A DNA stretch of 64,000 bases from Dehalococcoidia bacterium (GCA_965207225.1 CBDBLV010000001.1:96001-160000); one strand, 5' to 3'. Shown: positions 9,722 to 20,005, counted from the first letter of the stretch. Notes: generated by a model not told the origin, from the sequence alone. A program made the numbers and translations.

Positions 9722-12025
9722 ATGACCAAGTACCTGGCAAGAATAAGTGCACGCAGACCGTACCTAATCGTAACGCTTTGGCTCATCCTCGCCGTCATTG
9801 GCGGTGGGCTCGCCGACGACGCAGGACTCGGCCTCAACTTCGGCTTCGTAGATCTCCTCAAGCCCGCCACCACCACGGAGCTCACCCTGGGCAGTGGTGC
9901 CGAGTCCTCACGCACAGACAAGTTGCTGGAAGAAGGATTCGGCGACACCAAGCCTATACACGAGATCATCATCGTTCAATCCGACTCCCTCACCGTTGAC
10001 GACCCCCAATTCCGCAACAGGGTTGTCTCCCTCGCCGCCGAATTCGCAGACCTCGGCCCCGAGATCATCGCCTCTCCTCCAGAGCACTACTTCATCCCCG
10101 AGGTTCTTCTCCCCCTCCTATCCCCCGAACAACTTGCCCAGCGCGAGCAGACCGTATCCGCCGACCGGAAGACGGCCATCATGCGCCTCACCATAGCCGG
10201 AGAATTCGACGAGGCCCTGGAAAACGTCGAACCCGTCCTCGAAATCGTCAAGAAGACTAACGATCAGGACGACTTCGACATCTTCATCATCGGTGATGCC
10301 ACCATCTCCCACGAACAGAACGAGATCGCCGAAAACGACCTCCGCCGCGGCGAGCAAGTCGGAATCCCCGTCGCTCTCGTCATACTCATAGTCCTTTTCG
10401 GCACCGTTGTCGCCGCCCTCATGCCTATAGTCCTAGCCCTGGCTTGCATCATCGTTACCCTGGGCATCACCGCCCTCATAGGTCAGGCCCTGGACCTGGT
10501 CTTCTTCATCACCCTGATGATCATCATGATCGGCCTGGCCGTGGGCATCGACTACTCCCTCCTCATCGTCTCCCGATTCAGGGACGAGCTCGACCGCGGC
10601 CTCGATAGGCAGACCGCCATCGAACGCGCCGGCGAGACCGCGGGCCGCACCGTGCTCTTCAGCGGCGTCACCGTAGTCATCGCCCTCTGCGGCATCCTGA
10701 TAGTGCCCTTCGGATTCTTCCAATCCCTGGGTCTCGGGGCCATCTTGGTGGTTCTTGTCGCCATGGCCGGTACCCTCACCCTTCTCCCTGCCAACCTCGC
10801 CATCCACGGTGGCAGGATCGACAGATTTCCCATCCCCTTCTTCGGGAGAAGGAAGGCCAACCCCTCCAAGGTTTCCGGCGATGGCCTTTGGGAGCTCGTG
10901 ACCCGCGCCGTCACCCGGTACCCTGTCATCAGCGTCATCGCCATTGGCGCACCCATGGTCGCCGCCACGGTCTTCTACTTCCAGATAAACACCGGCCTCA
11001 ACGGCGTCGACGCCTTTCCCGAGGGCGCCCAGACCCGGGATGCCTTCTTCGTAATGGAGGAGCACTTCTCCTTCGGCCTCGTCAATCCCACCGACATCGT
11101 CATAGACGGCGACATTGATAGCCCTCAAGTCCAGCAGGCCATCGCAAAACTGCAGGCCTCCCTTGGAGAAAATCCCGCTCTGTCCCTTGACCCCGGCCCC
11201 CTCATCAGCGAGGACCGGGATCTGGCAAGGCTCACGGTCTTCATCAACGGCGAGTCCCGCAGCCAGGATGCAGTGAACGTCATCGAGACCATCCGAAATG
11301 ACTACGCCCCCGACGCCTTTGACGGCGTAAGCGCCGAGGTCTTCGTCGGTGGCATTAGCGCCATCGCCGCTGACGTCTTCTCCATCGTTGACCTGTACAC
11401 GCCCATCGTCTTCGCCTTCGTCCTCGGCTTCAGCTTCCTCGTCCTCATGCTGGTCTTCCGCTCCATAATCATCCCCATCAAGGCCGTGTTCATGAACCTG
11501 CTCTCCGTAGGGACCGCGTACGGTCTCATGGTCCTGGTGTTCCAGAAGGGCGGCGCGGACCTGTTCGGCTTCCAGCACGCCGAGGTCATTGAGATCTGGA
11601 TGCCCCTTTTCCTCTTTTCCATCCTCTTCGGCCTCTCAATGGACTACCACGTCTTCCTTCTCAGCCGCATCCGGGAGCGCTATGACCAGACCGGTGACAA
11701 CGCCGAGGCCGTAGCCTACGGCCTCCGGTCCACCGCCAGCATTATCACCGGCGCCGCTCTCATCATGGTCGCAGTCTTCGGGGCCTTTGCCTCGGGCGAG
11801 AGCACCATCAACCAGCAGATGGGCTTTGGGCTTGCCGTCGCCGTTTTCCTGGACGCTACCCTGGTGCGCTCGATTCTCGTCCCCGCCAGCATGGAGGTCC
11901 TTGGGAGACGCAACTGGTACCTACCGTCCTGGCTCCACTGGCTCCCCGACCTCCGCGTCGAACCCGCAGAGCATGAAGACATTTCCCCTACCAACCCGGA
12001 ACCCGCAGAGGCCCAACCCCGATGA
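9722..12025 (+). CDS. MMPL/RND-family transporter
   Basis: GLAVGIDYSLLIVSRFRDE and FGLSMDYHVFLLSRIRE motifs; two-repeat TM layout. Confidence 0.95.
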   Translation: MTKYLARISARRPYLIVTLWLILAVIGGGLADDAGLGLNFGFVDLLKPATTTELTLGSGAESSRTDKLLEEGFGDTKPIHEIIIVQSDSLTVDDPQFRNRVVSLAAEFADLGPEIIASPPEHYFIPEVLLPLLSPEQLAQREQTVSADRKTAIMRLTIAGEFDEALENVEPVLEIVKKTNDQDDFDIFIIGDATISHEQNEIAENDLRRGEQVGIPVALVILIVLFGTVVAALMPIVLALACIIVTLGITALIGQALDLVFFITLMIIMIGLAVGIDYSLLIVSRFRDELDRGLDRQTAIERAGETAGRTVLFSGVTVVIALCGILIVPFGFFQSLGLGAILVVLVAMAGTLTLLPANLAIHGGRIDRFPIPFFGRRKANPSKVSGDGLWELVTRAVTRYPVISVIAIGAPMVAATVFYFQINTGLNGVDAFPEGAQTRDAFFVMEEHFSFGLVNPTDIVIDGDIDSPQVQQAIAKLQASLGENPALSLDPGPLISEDRDLARLTVFINGESRSQDAVNVIETIRNDYAPDAFDGVSAEVFVGGISAIAADVFSIVDLYTPIVFAFVLGFSFLVLMLVFRSIIIPIKAVFMNLLSVGTAYGLMVLVFQKGGADLFGFQHAEVIEIWMPLFLFSILFGLSMDYHVFLLSRIRERYDQTGDNAEAVAYGLRSTASIITGAALIMVAVFGAFASGESTINQQMGFGLAVAVFLDATLVRSILVPASMEVLGRRNWYLPSWLHWLPDLRVEPAEHEDISPTNPEPAEAQPR

Positions 12026-13194
12026 ACATCCCGACCTGCTACACCGAGGAAGGCGGCTACGCCCAGGCGCGACTCCTGAACCAGGAGATGGCCGACAACT
12101 ACCTGGCTCACACCGTTATCGGAGATCCTCTCGCCGACGCCGCCATTGAACAACTCTCTTCTTATAGCCAGAAGGAAGCTTCCCGCTTCATACGCGCCGG
12201 CATGCGCCAGGACGAAGAGGAATTTACCCAGGCCCCTCCCCTCCTCCGGGAGTTCTTCCACAGCCAGGACACCCCTCCCGACTGGGTCAGGGACGTCGAC
12301 TTCGGCCCCGGAGTCCGCATGTTTCACCGTAACTCTAGGCTTGTCCTGGGCGCCATGGTCGGCGGCACTCTTGTCGAAGGATTCACCACCAACATTGCCA
12401 AATCATTTTTTATAACCGGCCGCCTCCGTGAACAGGGTGTCAGGCGGCTGAAGCAGAACAATCGGCACATGGTCGAAATATTCATGCCCGGCGGCATGGA
12501 TAGAGCAGGCGATGGCTGGAAGTTGTCCGTACGCATCCGGCTGATTCACGCCATGGTCAGGCGACTGCTAAACGCATCCGGAGACTGGGACAGCGCAGCC
12601 TGGGGGGCGCCCATCAGCGCTGCCCACGTGGGATTCGCCATTACCGCCTTTTCTGCAAGACTCCTAGTTCACCTGAAAAGTCTCGGCGCCGAATTCAATG
12701 ACGAAGAACGGGCTAGCTTCATGCAGGTGTGGCGCTATTCAGGCCACCTTATGGGCATACCGGACTCGATCCTCTTTCACACGGAAGAAGATGCCCTGGA
12801 AATGTTCAAGATAGGCGCCATGTGTGAACCTCCTCCCGGGATGGAGTCCATCGTCCTCGCCCACTCCCTGGTCAACTCCGCCCCATTGATCGCGGGAGTC
12901 ACCGAACCGAAAGCCCGTGCAGACCTCGCCGGGTACGTCTTTCGCGTATCCCGCGCGCTCATCGGGCCCAAGACCGCCAAGAGCCTCCGGTACCCTTTCT
13001 TCCCCACCTTCGGGGTCCTCTTCTGGTTCAGGCTTCAGGACCGCTACAACCGTCTCATGGACAGGTTGATCCCCGGCCGACTCCAAAGGAAGAACCCTCT
13101 TCTCACCCTGTTCAATGTGTCTATGTTCGATGAGGAAGGCATAACTTTTCGGCTCCCCGACCACGTTTACGACGAGCGGTCCAGCCGGTGGTAG
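12022..13194 (+). CDS. DUF2236 / MpaB-Lcp-type heme oxygenase family protein
   Basis: GDPLAD, RIRLIHAMVR, WGAPI and WRYSGHLMG motifs; ATGA overlap with MMPL. Confidence 0.85.
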   Translation: MNIPTCYTEEGGYAQARLLNQEMADNYLAHTVIGDPLADAAIEQLSSYSQKEASRFIRAGMRQDEEEFTQAPPLLREFFHSQDTPPDWVRDVDFGPGVRMFHRNSRLVLGAMVGGTLVEGFTTNIAKSFFITGRLREQGVRRLKQNNRHMVEIFMPGGMDRAGDGWKLSVRIRLIHAMVRRLLNASGDWDSAAWGAPISAAHVGFAITAFSARLLVHLKSLGAEFNDEERASFMQVWRYSGHLMGIPDSILFHTEEDALEMFKIGAMCEPPPGMESIVLAHSLVNSAPLIAGVTEPKARADLAGYVFRVSRALIGPKTAKSLRYPFFPTFGVLFWFRLQDRYNRLMDRLIPGRLQRKNPLLTLFNVSMFDEEGITFRLPDHVYDERSSRW

Positions 13195-13242
13195 TTGGCA
13201 TGTTTGCGTCCCGCATTGCGTTATCCCAAGAACGTCCTTAGG

Positions 13243-13251
13243 TGCTATAAT
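13243..13251 (+). promoter_or_regulatory. Extended -10 promoter element upstream of the STAS gene
   Basis: TGCTATAAT, matching TGnTATAAT, about 110 nt before the ATG. Confidence 0.45.
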
Positions 13252-13359
13252 GCCGCCGGAGAATCACGTAGCCTAAACCAATCCCGACCAACCTCTTCGG
13301 CAGGGCGGAGTGCCGGAGAATACATTGCAGGGTGTGGCAAATCCAATTAGGGGGCCCCA

Positions 13360-13758
13360 ATGGTGACGAACGAACAGGAAGGCGGACCGACAACCTGGTC
13401 TGTCGCCGATACCAAAAATCTGACTATAGAGGGTGAACGTAAGTCAGGCACGCTGATAGCCAAAGCCTCGGGCCGCATTGACGGCAGCAACGCCCGGGAA
13501 TTCCAGGATGCCCTGGAGACCTTCCTGGAAGGCGAGGTGTCTTCCTTGGTCTTGGACCTGGAGCATCTTTCCTATATCAGTAGTGCAGGTCTCAGAGTTA
13601 TTCTGCTGGTTTCCAAGAAGTTGCAGCGAAACTCCGCCCAGTTTGGCGTCTGCTCCCTTTCAGTCTCTATCAGTGAAGTCTTTCAGATAAGCGGCTTCGA
13701 CAAGATTATCCGTACTCACTCAACCCAGGCCGATGCCCTCTCCGCTATCAACGCCTAA
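13360..13758 (+). CDS. STAS-domain anti-sigma factor antagonist (RsbV/SpoIIAA-like)
   Basis: GRID, LDLEHLSYISSAGLRV and FQISGF motifs. Confidence 0.92.
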   Translation: MVTNEQEGGPTTWSVADTKNLTIEGERKSGTLIAKASGRIDGSNAREFQDALETFLEGEVSSLVLDLEHLSYISSAGLRVILLVSKKLQRNSAQFGVCSLSVSISEVFQISGFDKIIRTHSTQADALSAINA

Positions 13759-13855
13759 GCCCGGCTTTCGTCCCCGGTCCTACCCTCCTTCCTGGGAAGA
13801 GGCATTTCAATCCCGCAAGTTCCCCGTGACCCGGTACAAAATCGGCTAATTTGAC

Positions 13856-15016
13856 ATGGAACCCCCATACAAAATCCTCGTTGTAGACGACGAACCCGAC
13901 CTCGAACCCCTTATGCTCCAGCGCATGCGCAGGGACATCCGCAAGGGTCAATATGAATTCGTATTCGCCCATGACGGCAATGAGGCCCTCGAACGCCTCG
14001 ATGAGCACAAAGACGTTGATATGATCCTGTCCGATATCAACATGCCCGGTATGGACGGACTCACCCTCCTCGAGCAGATCCCGAAAGTTGACCCCGAGCT
14101 TCGCGCCGTCATGGTCTCAGCCTACGGCGACATGAAGAACATCCGCACCGCCATGAACCGCGGTGCCTTCGACTTCGTCACCAAGCCCATCGACTTCGAA
14201 GACCTCCGCATTACCATCGACCGCACCCTCCGTCACATGGCCGAATGGCGCGAGGCCCTCGCCACGCGCGACAAGCTCGTCGCCATTCAGAACGAGCTTG
14301 GCGTAGCCCAGAAGATCCAGCAGTCCGTCCTCCCTACTGAATTCCCCACTAGCGATGCTTACGAAATCGATGGCCGCATGGAGCCCGCCCGCGAAGTCGG
14401 CGGCGATTTCTATGACGTCCTCCGACTTGAAAACGATAGGATCGGCCTTTCCGTCGCCGATGTCTCCGACAAGGGCGTACCCGCCGCACTCTTTATGATG
14501 TCGACCCTTACCGCCCTTAAAGGCTCGGCCATAGGCCTCGGAGACCCGGGCGCCGTCCTCACCGAGGTTAACACCCTCCTCGAAGAGGAAAACGAGGCCG
14601 CCATGTTCGTCACCCTGTTCTACGCCGTCTTTAACCCCGCCAACGGCCTCTTTACATACGCCAATGGCGGCCACAACCCGCCTGTCATCGTTCACGCCGA
14701 CGGCTCCTCGACTATCCTCCCTGTCACCAACGGCGTTGCCTTGGGCATCGCCCCGGGCTGGGAATACGACGAGGCCGCAGTCACTCTCGCCCCTGGAGAG
14801 ACCATCATCCTCTACACCGACGGCGTAACCGAGGCCATGAACGCCGAGGGCGAAGAGTTCGGCCTCGACCGCCTTTGCCAGATACTTAGCCAGTCTCGAC
14901 CTACGGGTGCAAAACAAGCCAACTCCATAATCTTCGACGCCGTCAGAGATTTTGCCGGCGACACCCCCCAGTCCGACGATATAACCTGCCTCACTTTCCG
15001 GCGGAGCGAGTCCTGA
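13856..15016 (+). CDS. Response regulator receiver + PP2C/SpoIIE phosphatase (RsbU/RsbP-like)
   Basis: Receiver LVVDDE...DINMPGMDG...KP; PP2C VGGDFYD, ADVSDKG, YTDGVTE, DDIT. Confidence 0.93.
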   Translation: MEPPYKILVVDDEPDLEPLMLQRMRRDIRKGQYEFVFAHDGNEALERLDEHKDVDMILSDINMPGMDGLTLLEQIPKVDPELRAVMVSAYGDMKNIRTAMNRGAFDFVTKPIDFEDLRITIDRTLRHMAEWREALATRDKLVAIQNELGVAQKIQQSVLPTEFPTSDAYEIDGRMEPAREVGGDFYDVLRLENDRIGLSVADVSDKGVPAALFMMSTLTALKGSAIGLGDPGAVLTEVNTLLEEENEAAMFVTLFYAVFNPANGLFTYANGGHNPPVIVHADGSSTILPVTNGVALGIAPGWEYDEAAVTLAPGETIILYTDGVTEAMNAEGEEFGLDRLCQILSQSRPTGAKQANSIIFDAVRDFAGDTPQSDDITCLTFRRSES

Positions 15017-15019
15017 ACC

Positions 15020-15439
15020 TTGAGCGCTAACCTCTCCATCAAGGTCAAGTCCGACCGTGAAGAGCTCGACGGCATCACCGCCGCCGTTGAGGCCTTGTCC
15101 GTCGACGAAGCCTGGTCCTCGGACCTCCTCTTCCGCATCAACCTCGTCATTGAAGAGCTCGTCCTCAACATCATGGACTACGGCTACGATGATGACCAGC
15201 ATGAAATCGAGATAAATCTCAAGTCAGACTCGGAGGCCGTCACCATCGACATCCTGGACGAAGGTCGTTCCTTTGACCCCCTCCATGATGCCCCCGTCCC
15301 CGATATCAACGCTCCCTTGGAAGAGCGCTCGGTCGGGGGCTTGGGCATCCACCTGGCCAAGACCATGATGGACGAACTCTCCTACCACAGGGAGGACGCT
15401 CGCAACCATCTCCAGCTGGTCAAGCGCCGCGAGGAATAG
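15020..15439 (+). CDS. Anti-sigma factor / Ser-Thr kinase (RsbW-like HATPase_c_2)
   Basis: EELVLNIMDYG, DEGRSFDP and GGLGIHL motifs. Confidence 0.92.
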   Translation: MSANLSIKVKSDREELDGITAAVEALSVDEAWSSDLLFRINLVIEELVLNIMDYGYDDDQHEIEINLKSDSEAVTIDILDEGRSFDPLHDAPVPDINAPLEERSVGGLGIHLAKTMMDELSYHREDARNHLQLVKRREE

Positions 15440-15466
15440 CCCACGCCTCGTTGACAGATGAAAGCC

Positions 15467-15507
15467 AGGAGGCCCGGCGCTCAGCGCCGGGCCTCTTCTT
15501 TTCTCTT
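15467..15507 (+). terminator. Intrinsic terminator
   Basis: GAGGCCCGGCGC-TCA-GCGCCGGGCCTC followed by TTCTTTTCTCTT. Confidence 0.8.
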
Positions 15508-15533
15508 CAGGCCACAGGTGAAAGTCGAATGTC

Positions 15534-16487
15534 TCACCCGATCTGGTAGTGAAAATACGTCAGGCTCACCAGGTCGTGCAACTCCCGGCAGTGTCTTCCC
15601 GCCCGGCTCAGAAACTCCTGACGGTCGTGCCAGTCGTGCCAGTCGTATTCAACCATCGCCCCGAGCCTTCCCGCAAGCCTCCTCGCTGCAGCCCCGGAAC
15701 CCTCGTCGGGCGCAGGCCCGAATCCCGACAGTTCCTGCCCGATCCTGACCGCCGACCCGATCAGCGAGCTCGGCAGCTGCGGGTCCGTTACCAGCAGGTC
15801 CAGCACCCGGTGCGAGTCTACTTCCAGCCCGTGCCTGTTCGCATACGCCTCGAATGCGTTGTAGACCCTGAGCAGGGTTGACCAGTCGGCATCCGAGTCC
15901 TCCTTCAGAGTTGCCGCTGTCGCCAGCTGCGCTGCCAGCAGCGAAATCAGCAGCTGCGCCCGCTCCATTGCCTGCCCCAGCTGCATGAAGCGCCATCCAT
16001 CGTCCCGGTACATCGTCGTGTCCGCCACGCCCTTGAACCGGTTGATGTCCCCTACCGTCTCCGCGTAGAAGTTCTGGGGAGAGGTCGACCAGATGTCCTG
16101 CATCCCCATTTTCTGGATCCGCAGGTATGACACGTTCAGCGACATCCACATCTCCCCGCTTATCCGGTTTCGCATCTGCCGCGCATTCTCCCGACCCATC
16201 CAGAAGCACTGCCACACCGACCCCGAGTTCGACCTCTCGAACGTCAGGTCATCCGCCAGCGTGAAGGAGTCCGCCAGCAGGAAGTCGTCATCACTGTCGA
16301 CCTCTAGTGCGCCCCCCGGCGGGACCCGACCCAGTGTGGCATAGATCCTTCGCCATCCGAAGTAGATCTCCCCCACTGGTCGGTCCACCAGGGCCTCCGT
16401 CTGCAGCTGCAGCATCCGGCTCAGGTGCCGGGCCCGCTCCAGGTAGCGGCCCATCCAGTACAGGCCCGCAGCGCTACGCGAGAGCAT
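15534..16487 (-). CDS. Alpha-E domain protein (DUF403)
   Basis: MLSR.A..LYWMGRYLERA, RENAR..R..IS.EMW and LGQAMERA motifs. Confidence 0.92.
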   Translation of the reverse strand: MLSRSAAGLYWMGRYLERARHLSRMLQLQTEALVDRPVGEIYFGWRRIYATLGRVPPGGALEVDSDDDFLLADSFTLADDLTFERSNSGSVWQCFWMGRENARQMRNRISGEMWMSLNVSYLRIQKMGMQDIWSTSPQNFYAETVGDINRFKGVADTTMYRDDGWRFMQLGQAMERAQLLISLLAAQLATAATLKEDSDADWSTLLRVYNAFEAYANRHGLEVDSHRVLDLLVTDPQLPSSLIGSAVRIGQELSGFGPAPDEGSGAAARRLAGRLGAMVEYDWHDWHDRQEFLSRAGRHCRELHDLVSLTYFHYQIG

Positions 16488-17886
16488 CTGCTTTCTTCGG
16501 CTCCGTCTCCTCGTCGAACTCTTCCGGCATCAGCACGAACTCGGGGTATGACTCCATGCCCAGCTCCCCGACGTCCTGGCCCAGCTCTTCTACCTGCCGC
16601 GATATCCGCACTCCGAGCACCCTGTCCAGCACATACCACACCGTGAATGCGCTGCCAAACACGAAGCCGCCAATCGCAGCTATGCCCATCAGCTGGACGT
16701 GGAACTGCGCCTCGCCGGGAGCGGTGAAACTCACGGCAATGGTGCCCCAGACACCCGCGATCAGGTGTGCCGGGATCGCCCCTACCACGTCATCCAGCTT
16801 CAAACGTTCCAGCAGCTTCAGACCGGCCGTGCAAACCAGGCCGCCTATGGCCCCAACCACTATTGCCCAGAAATGGTCGGGATTCGCAGGCCACGCCGTC
16901 ACCGCAACAAGTCCCGCTATAGCTCCGTTCAGACCCGCAAACAGGTCTATCCGACCCAGGATCGGCCTCGAAACCGCCAGCGCCGTGACCACCCCTGCCG
17001 CTGCGCCCAGGTTGGTGTTCACTAGGACAACGCTCATTGCTACCGCGTCGAGCGCGCTCCCGAGCGCCAGCTGGGACCCGCCGTTGAACCCGAACCAGCC
17101 CAACCACAGGATGAACACGCCCAGCGTCACCAGCAATACGTTGGAGGGCGGCGTCGCCTTGACGCTCCCGTCCCTGCGGTACTTGCCCAGCCTTGGCCCC
17201 ACCAGCATGATCCCCGCCAGCGCCGCCCAGCCTCCCGTGCTGTGCACTATCGTCGAGCCCGCAAAGTCGGAGAATCCCGCCTGTGCCAGCCATCCCCCTC
17301 CCCACGTCCAGGACCCCACTATCGGGTAGATGAACCCCGTCAGCGCCAGCGTAAACAGGAAGAACGGGAGCAGCTTTATCCGCTCCGCTATCGCACCCGA
17401 TACCACAGACGCCGCAGTCGCCACGAACACCATCTGGAAGAACCAGTCCGACATCACCGAGTAGCCGTTCCCGACCACCTCACCCACCGCACCCTCATCC
17501 TCACCAATTAACGCAATCTCGGCTTCCGACGGTCCGTACAGGAATTCGAACCGCCCCCACAACCCGACATCCCCCACGTCCGTGTACATCAGGTTGTATC
17601 CGATGAAGAAGAACGCCAGCCCCGCTATCGAATAGATGCCGATGTTCTTCAGGCAGATGGTCGATGCGTTCTTTGTCCGCACCGACCCCGACTCCAGCAT
17701 CGTGAAACCGGCGCACATCCACATCACCAGTGCTCCCCAGATCAGGAACGCAAAGGTGTTCAGGATGAACTGCGACTCTTCGTCCACCCCCGCTGCATGG
17801 GCGATGGCCGGCCTGGCCAGAAAGGCCCCCATTGTCACAAGTCCGACCAATGCGATTAAGATTGCGGGTCTGCGAATCACAAGCAT
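16474..17886 (-). CDS. amt: Ammonium transporter
   Basis: FFQMVF, SGAIAER, DFAGSTIVH, WFGFNGGS and DDVVGAIPAH; both pore histidines present. Confidence 0.96.
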   Translation of the reverse strand: MLVIRRPAILIALVGLVTMGAFLARPAIAHAAGVDEESQFILNTFAFLIWGALVMWMCAGFTMLESGSVRTKNASTICLKNIGIYSIAGLAFFFIGYNLMYTDVGDVGLWGRFEFLYGPSEAEIALIGEDEGAVGEVVGNGYSVMSDWFFQMVFVATAASVVSGAIAERIKLLPFFLFTLALTGFIYPIVGSWTWGGGWLAQAGFSDFAGSTIVHSTGGWAALAGIMLVGPRLGKYRRDGSVKATPPSNVLLVTLGVFILWLGWFGFNGGSQLALGSALDAVAMSVVLVNTNLGAAAGVVTALAVSRPILGRIDLFAGLNGAIAGLVAVTAWPANPDHFWAIVVGAIGGLVCTAGLKLLERLKLDDVVGAIPAHLIAGVWGTIAVSFTAPGEAQFHVQLMGIAAIGGFVFGSAFTVWYVLDRVLGVRISRQVEELGQDVGELGMESYPEFVLMPEEFDEETEPKKADALA

Positions 17887-17939
17887 GTTACAGGCCTCCT
17901 GGCTCTTTGTGTTTTAAGGGACCCTCATCTATCCGATAC

Positions 17940-19373
17940 TCAGTCTTCCAATACCCAGAAGTCTTTCCCTCCGCCCCCCTGGCTCGAGTTTACCACCAGG
18001 CTCCCCCGGCGCAGCGCCACCCGGCAGAATGCCCCCGGCACCAGCCGCGTGTTCTGCCCGTGTAATACGAATGGCCGAAGGTCCACGTGCCGGGGCTCGA
18101 ATTTCCCATCTATCAGGCAAGGCGACCTCGAAAGCGCGAGCACCGGTTGCGATATATAGTTCGCTGGGTCTGCTCGCAGCTCCTCTGCATACGCCTCTCG
18201 TTCCTCCGCCGTCGAATGTGGGCCTATCAGCATCCCGTATCCCCCGGAACCCCCCACCTGCTTGACTACCAAGTCTTCAAGGTTGTCCAGCGTGTACTCC
18301 AGGTCCTCCGGGCGCCGGCATAGCCGTGTATCGACGTTTTGGAGGATCGCTTCTTCGCCCAGGTAGAACCTTATCATGTCCGGCACATAGGCGTATACGC
18401 TCTTGTCGTCCGCCACCCCTGTCCCGGGAGCGTTCACCAGTCCTACGTTGCCCAGCTTGTAGGCATGCACCAGCCCCGGCACCCCCAGCAGCGAATCAGG
18501 CCTGAATGTCAGCGGGTCCAGGAAATCGTCATCCACCCGGCGGTATACCACGTCCACCCTCTTCAGCCCCCCGGTCGTCCGCATGTATACCATGCCCTCT
18601 TTCACAAGCAGGTCCTGGCCCTCCACCAACTCCGCCCCTATCTCCTGGGCCAGGAAGATGTGCTCGTAGAACGCAGAGTTGTACACTCCGGGCGTCAAAA
18701 GGACGATGGTCGGGTCCGTCCGACCGCTCGGGGCCATCTCCAGCAGCGTCTCTCTCAACGCCCGACCGTAGTGCTCCACCTCCCTGACCCTGGAAGTCCT
18801 GTACAGACGCCTCAAACTGGCCTTCGCCGCCTTACGGTTCGCCAGCATGTACGACACCCCGGACGGCACCCGCAGGTTGTCCTCCAGCACCCGCCACCCG
18901 TCATTCGTCCTCACTAGGTCCGTGCCGCAAATGCCTACCCATGTCCCGTACGGCGCTGAAAAGCCTCGCATCTCCGTTCGATACTGGGGACATCCCATCA
19001 CCACGTCGGCGGGTATCACCCCGTCCCGTATGATTCGTGCCTCGCCGTACACATCCTCCAGGAACGCGTTAAGCCCCTTCAGCCTCTGCGTAAGCCCGCG
19101 CTCCAGGAGGCCCCACTCCTCGCTGGACATGGCCCGGGGCAGGCAGTCTATGGGGATAATCCGCTCGTCCGCCTCTTCGTCCCCATACACGATGAAAGTT
19201 ATCCCTTCCGTCGAAAAAGAGCGCATGACGCGCTCCTGGATGCTGTGCAGCTCCTCGGCGGAAAGTCGGGTCAGCGTCTCTACAATCTGCCGACAGTGCT
19301 CCCGCGGAGCACCGTCCGGCAGGAACATTTCGTCATATATCGCAGGATCGAGATCGTAGGTATCAAAATCCAC
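17940..19373 (-). CDS. Circularly permuted type 2 ATP-grasp protein (DUF404/DUF407)
   Basis: VLEDNLRVPSGVSY, YRRVDDDFLDP, GVADDK, HVDLRPF and VNSSQGGGGKD motifs. Confidence 0.95.
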   Translation of the reverse strand: MDFDTYDLDPAIYDEMFLPDGAPREHCRQIVETLTRLSAEELHSIQERVMRSFSTEGITFIVYGDEEADERIIPIDCLPRAMSSEEWGLLERGLTQRLKGLNAFLEDVYGEARIIRDGVIPADVVMGCPQYRTEMRGFSAPYGTWVGICGTDLVRTNDGWRVLEDNLRVPSGVSYMLANRKAAKASLRRLYRTSRVREVEHYGRALRETLLEMAPSGRTDPTIVLLTPGVYNSAFYEHIFLAQEIGAELVEGQDLLVKEGMVYMRTTGGLKRVDVVYRRVDDDFLDPLTFRPDSLLGVPGLVHAYKLGNVGLVNAPGTGVADDKSVYAYVPDMIRFYLGEEAILQNVDTRLCRRPEDLEYTLDNLEDLVVKQVGGSGGYGMLIGPHSTAEEREAYAEELRADPANYISQPVLALSRSPCLIDGKFEPRHVDLRPFVLHGQNTRLVPGAFCRVALRRGSLVVNSSQGGGGKDFWVLED

Positions 19374-19498
19374 GGCGCCAACCTAACTGAGAAAGTGCGA
19401 TTATACCAGAGCAGCTATACGGTATCGGTTTGGGCCCGCCCAACTCCTAAGCGTCACAGCCAAGCCCCGACTCCCTTTTCATCTATAATTTCTACAGC

Positions 19499-20005
19499 AT
19501 GAACGCCGGAATCACCGCAGGGGCCATCGCCGCCATAATCGCCGTCCTCGTCTCCATCCCCCTCAAGTCACCCGACGACGCCCTCCTAAACTCCGCTACC
19601 GTCGGAATCGCATCCCTTCTCGTTGGCCTCCTCTCGGCCCTCATGTGGCGAATGCTCATCAACACCGAGAAACACGTCAAGAATTACCTCATCCTTTGGG
19701 CAGTCTCCTCCGTGACCGTCGGCTCCATGCTCATCTCCGCCTTCGCCGTCCAGCTCGACAACCTCGTCCCCTTCGCCCTTCCCTTGACCATCATCGTCTG
19801 CGTCATCACTGGCGTGCTCACCCCCGTATGTGGCCGGGACCCTTCCCCCCTGAAGTGGTGGGCTGCCCCCGCCGCCGTAGCCCTTGCCCTTGCCCTCGCC
19901 ATTCCCCTCGCCGAGGTCGGAGACCAGGAGTCCGGCCGCCTCGAGCTCCCCCCGAAGACCCGACTTGTGCAGCCCGCCCCCGACCTGTACCTTGAGGCCA
20001 CGTAA
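19499..20005 (+). CDS. Hypothetical membrane protein
   Basis: 168-aa ORF with about five hydrophobic segments and host-like codon usage. Confidence 0.7.
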   Translation: MNAGITAGAIAAIIAVLVSIPLKSPDDALLNSATVGIASLLVGLLSALMWRMLINTEKHVKNYLILWAVSSVTVGSMLISAFAVQLDNLVPFALPLTIIVCVITGVLTPVCGRDPSPLKWWAAPAAVALALALAIPLAEVGDQESGRLELPPKTRLVQPAPDLYLEAT

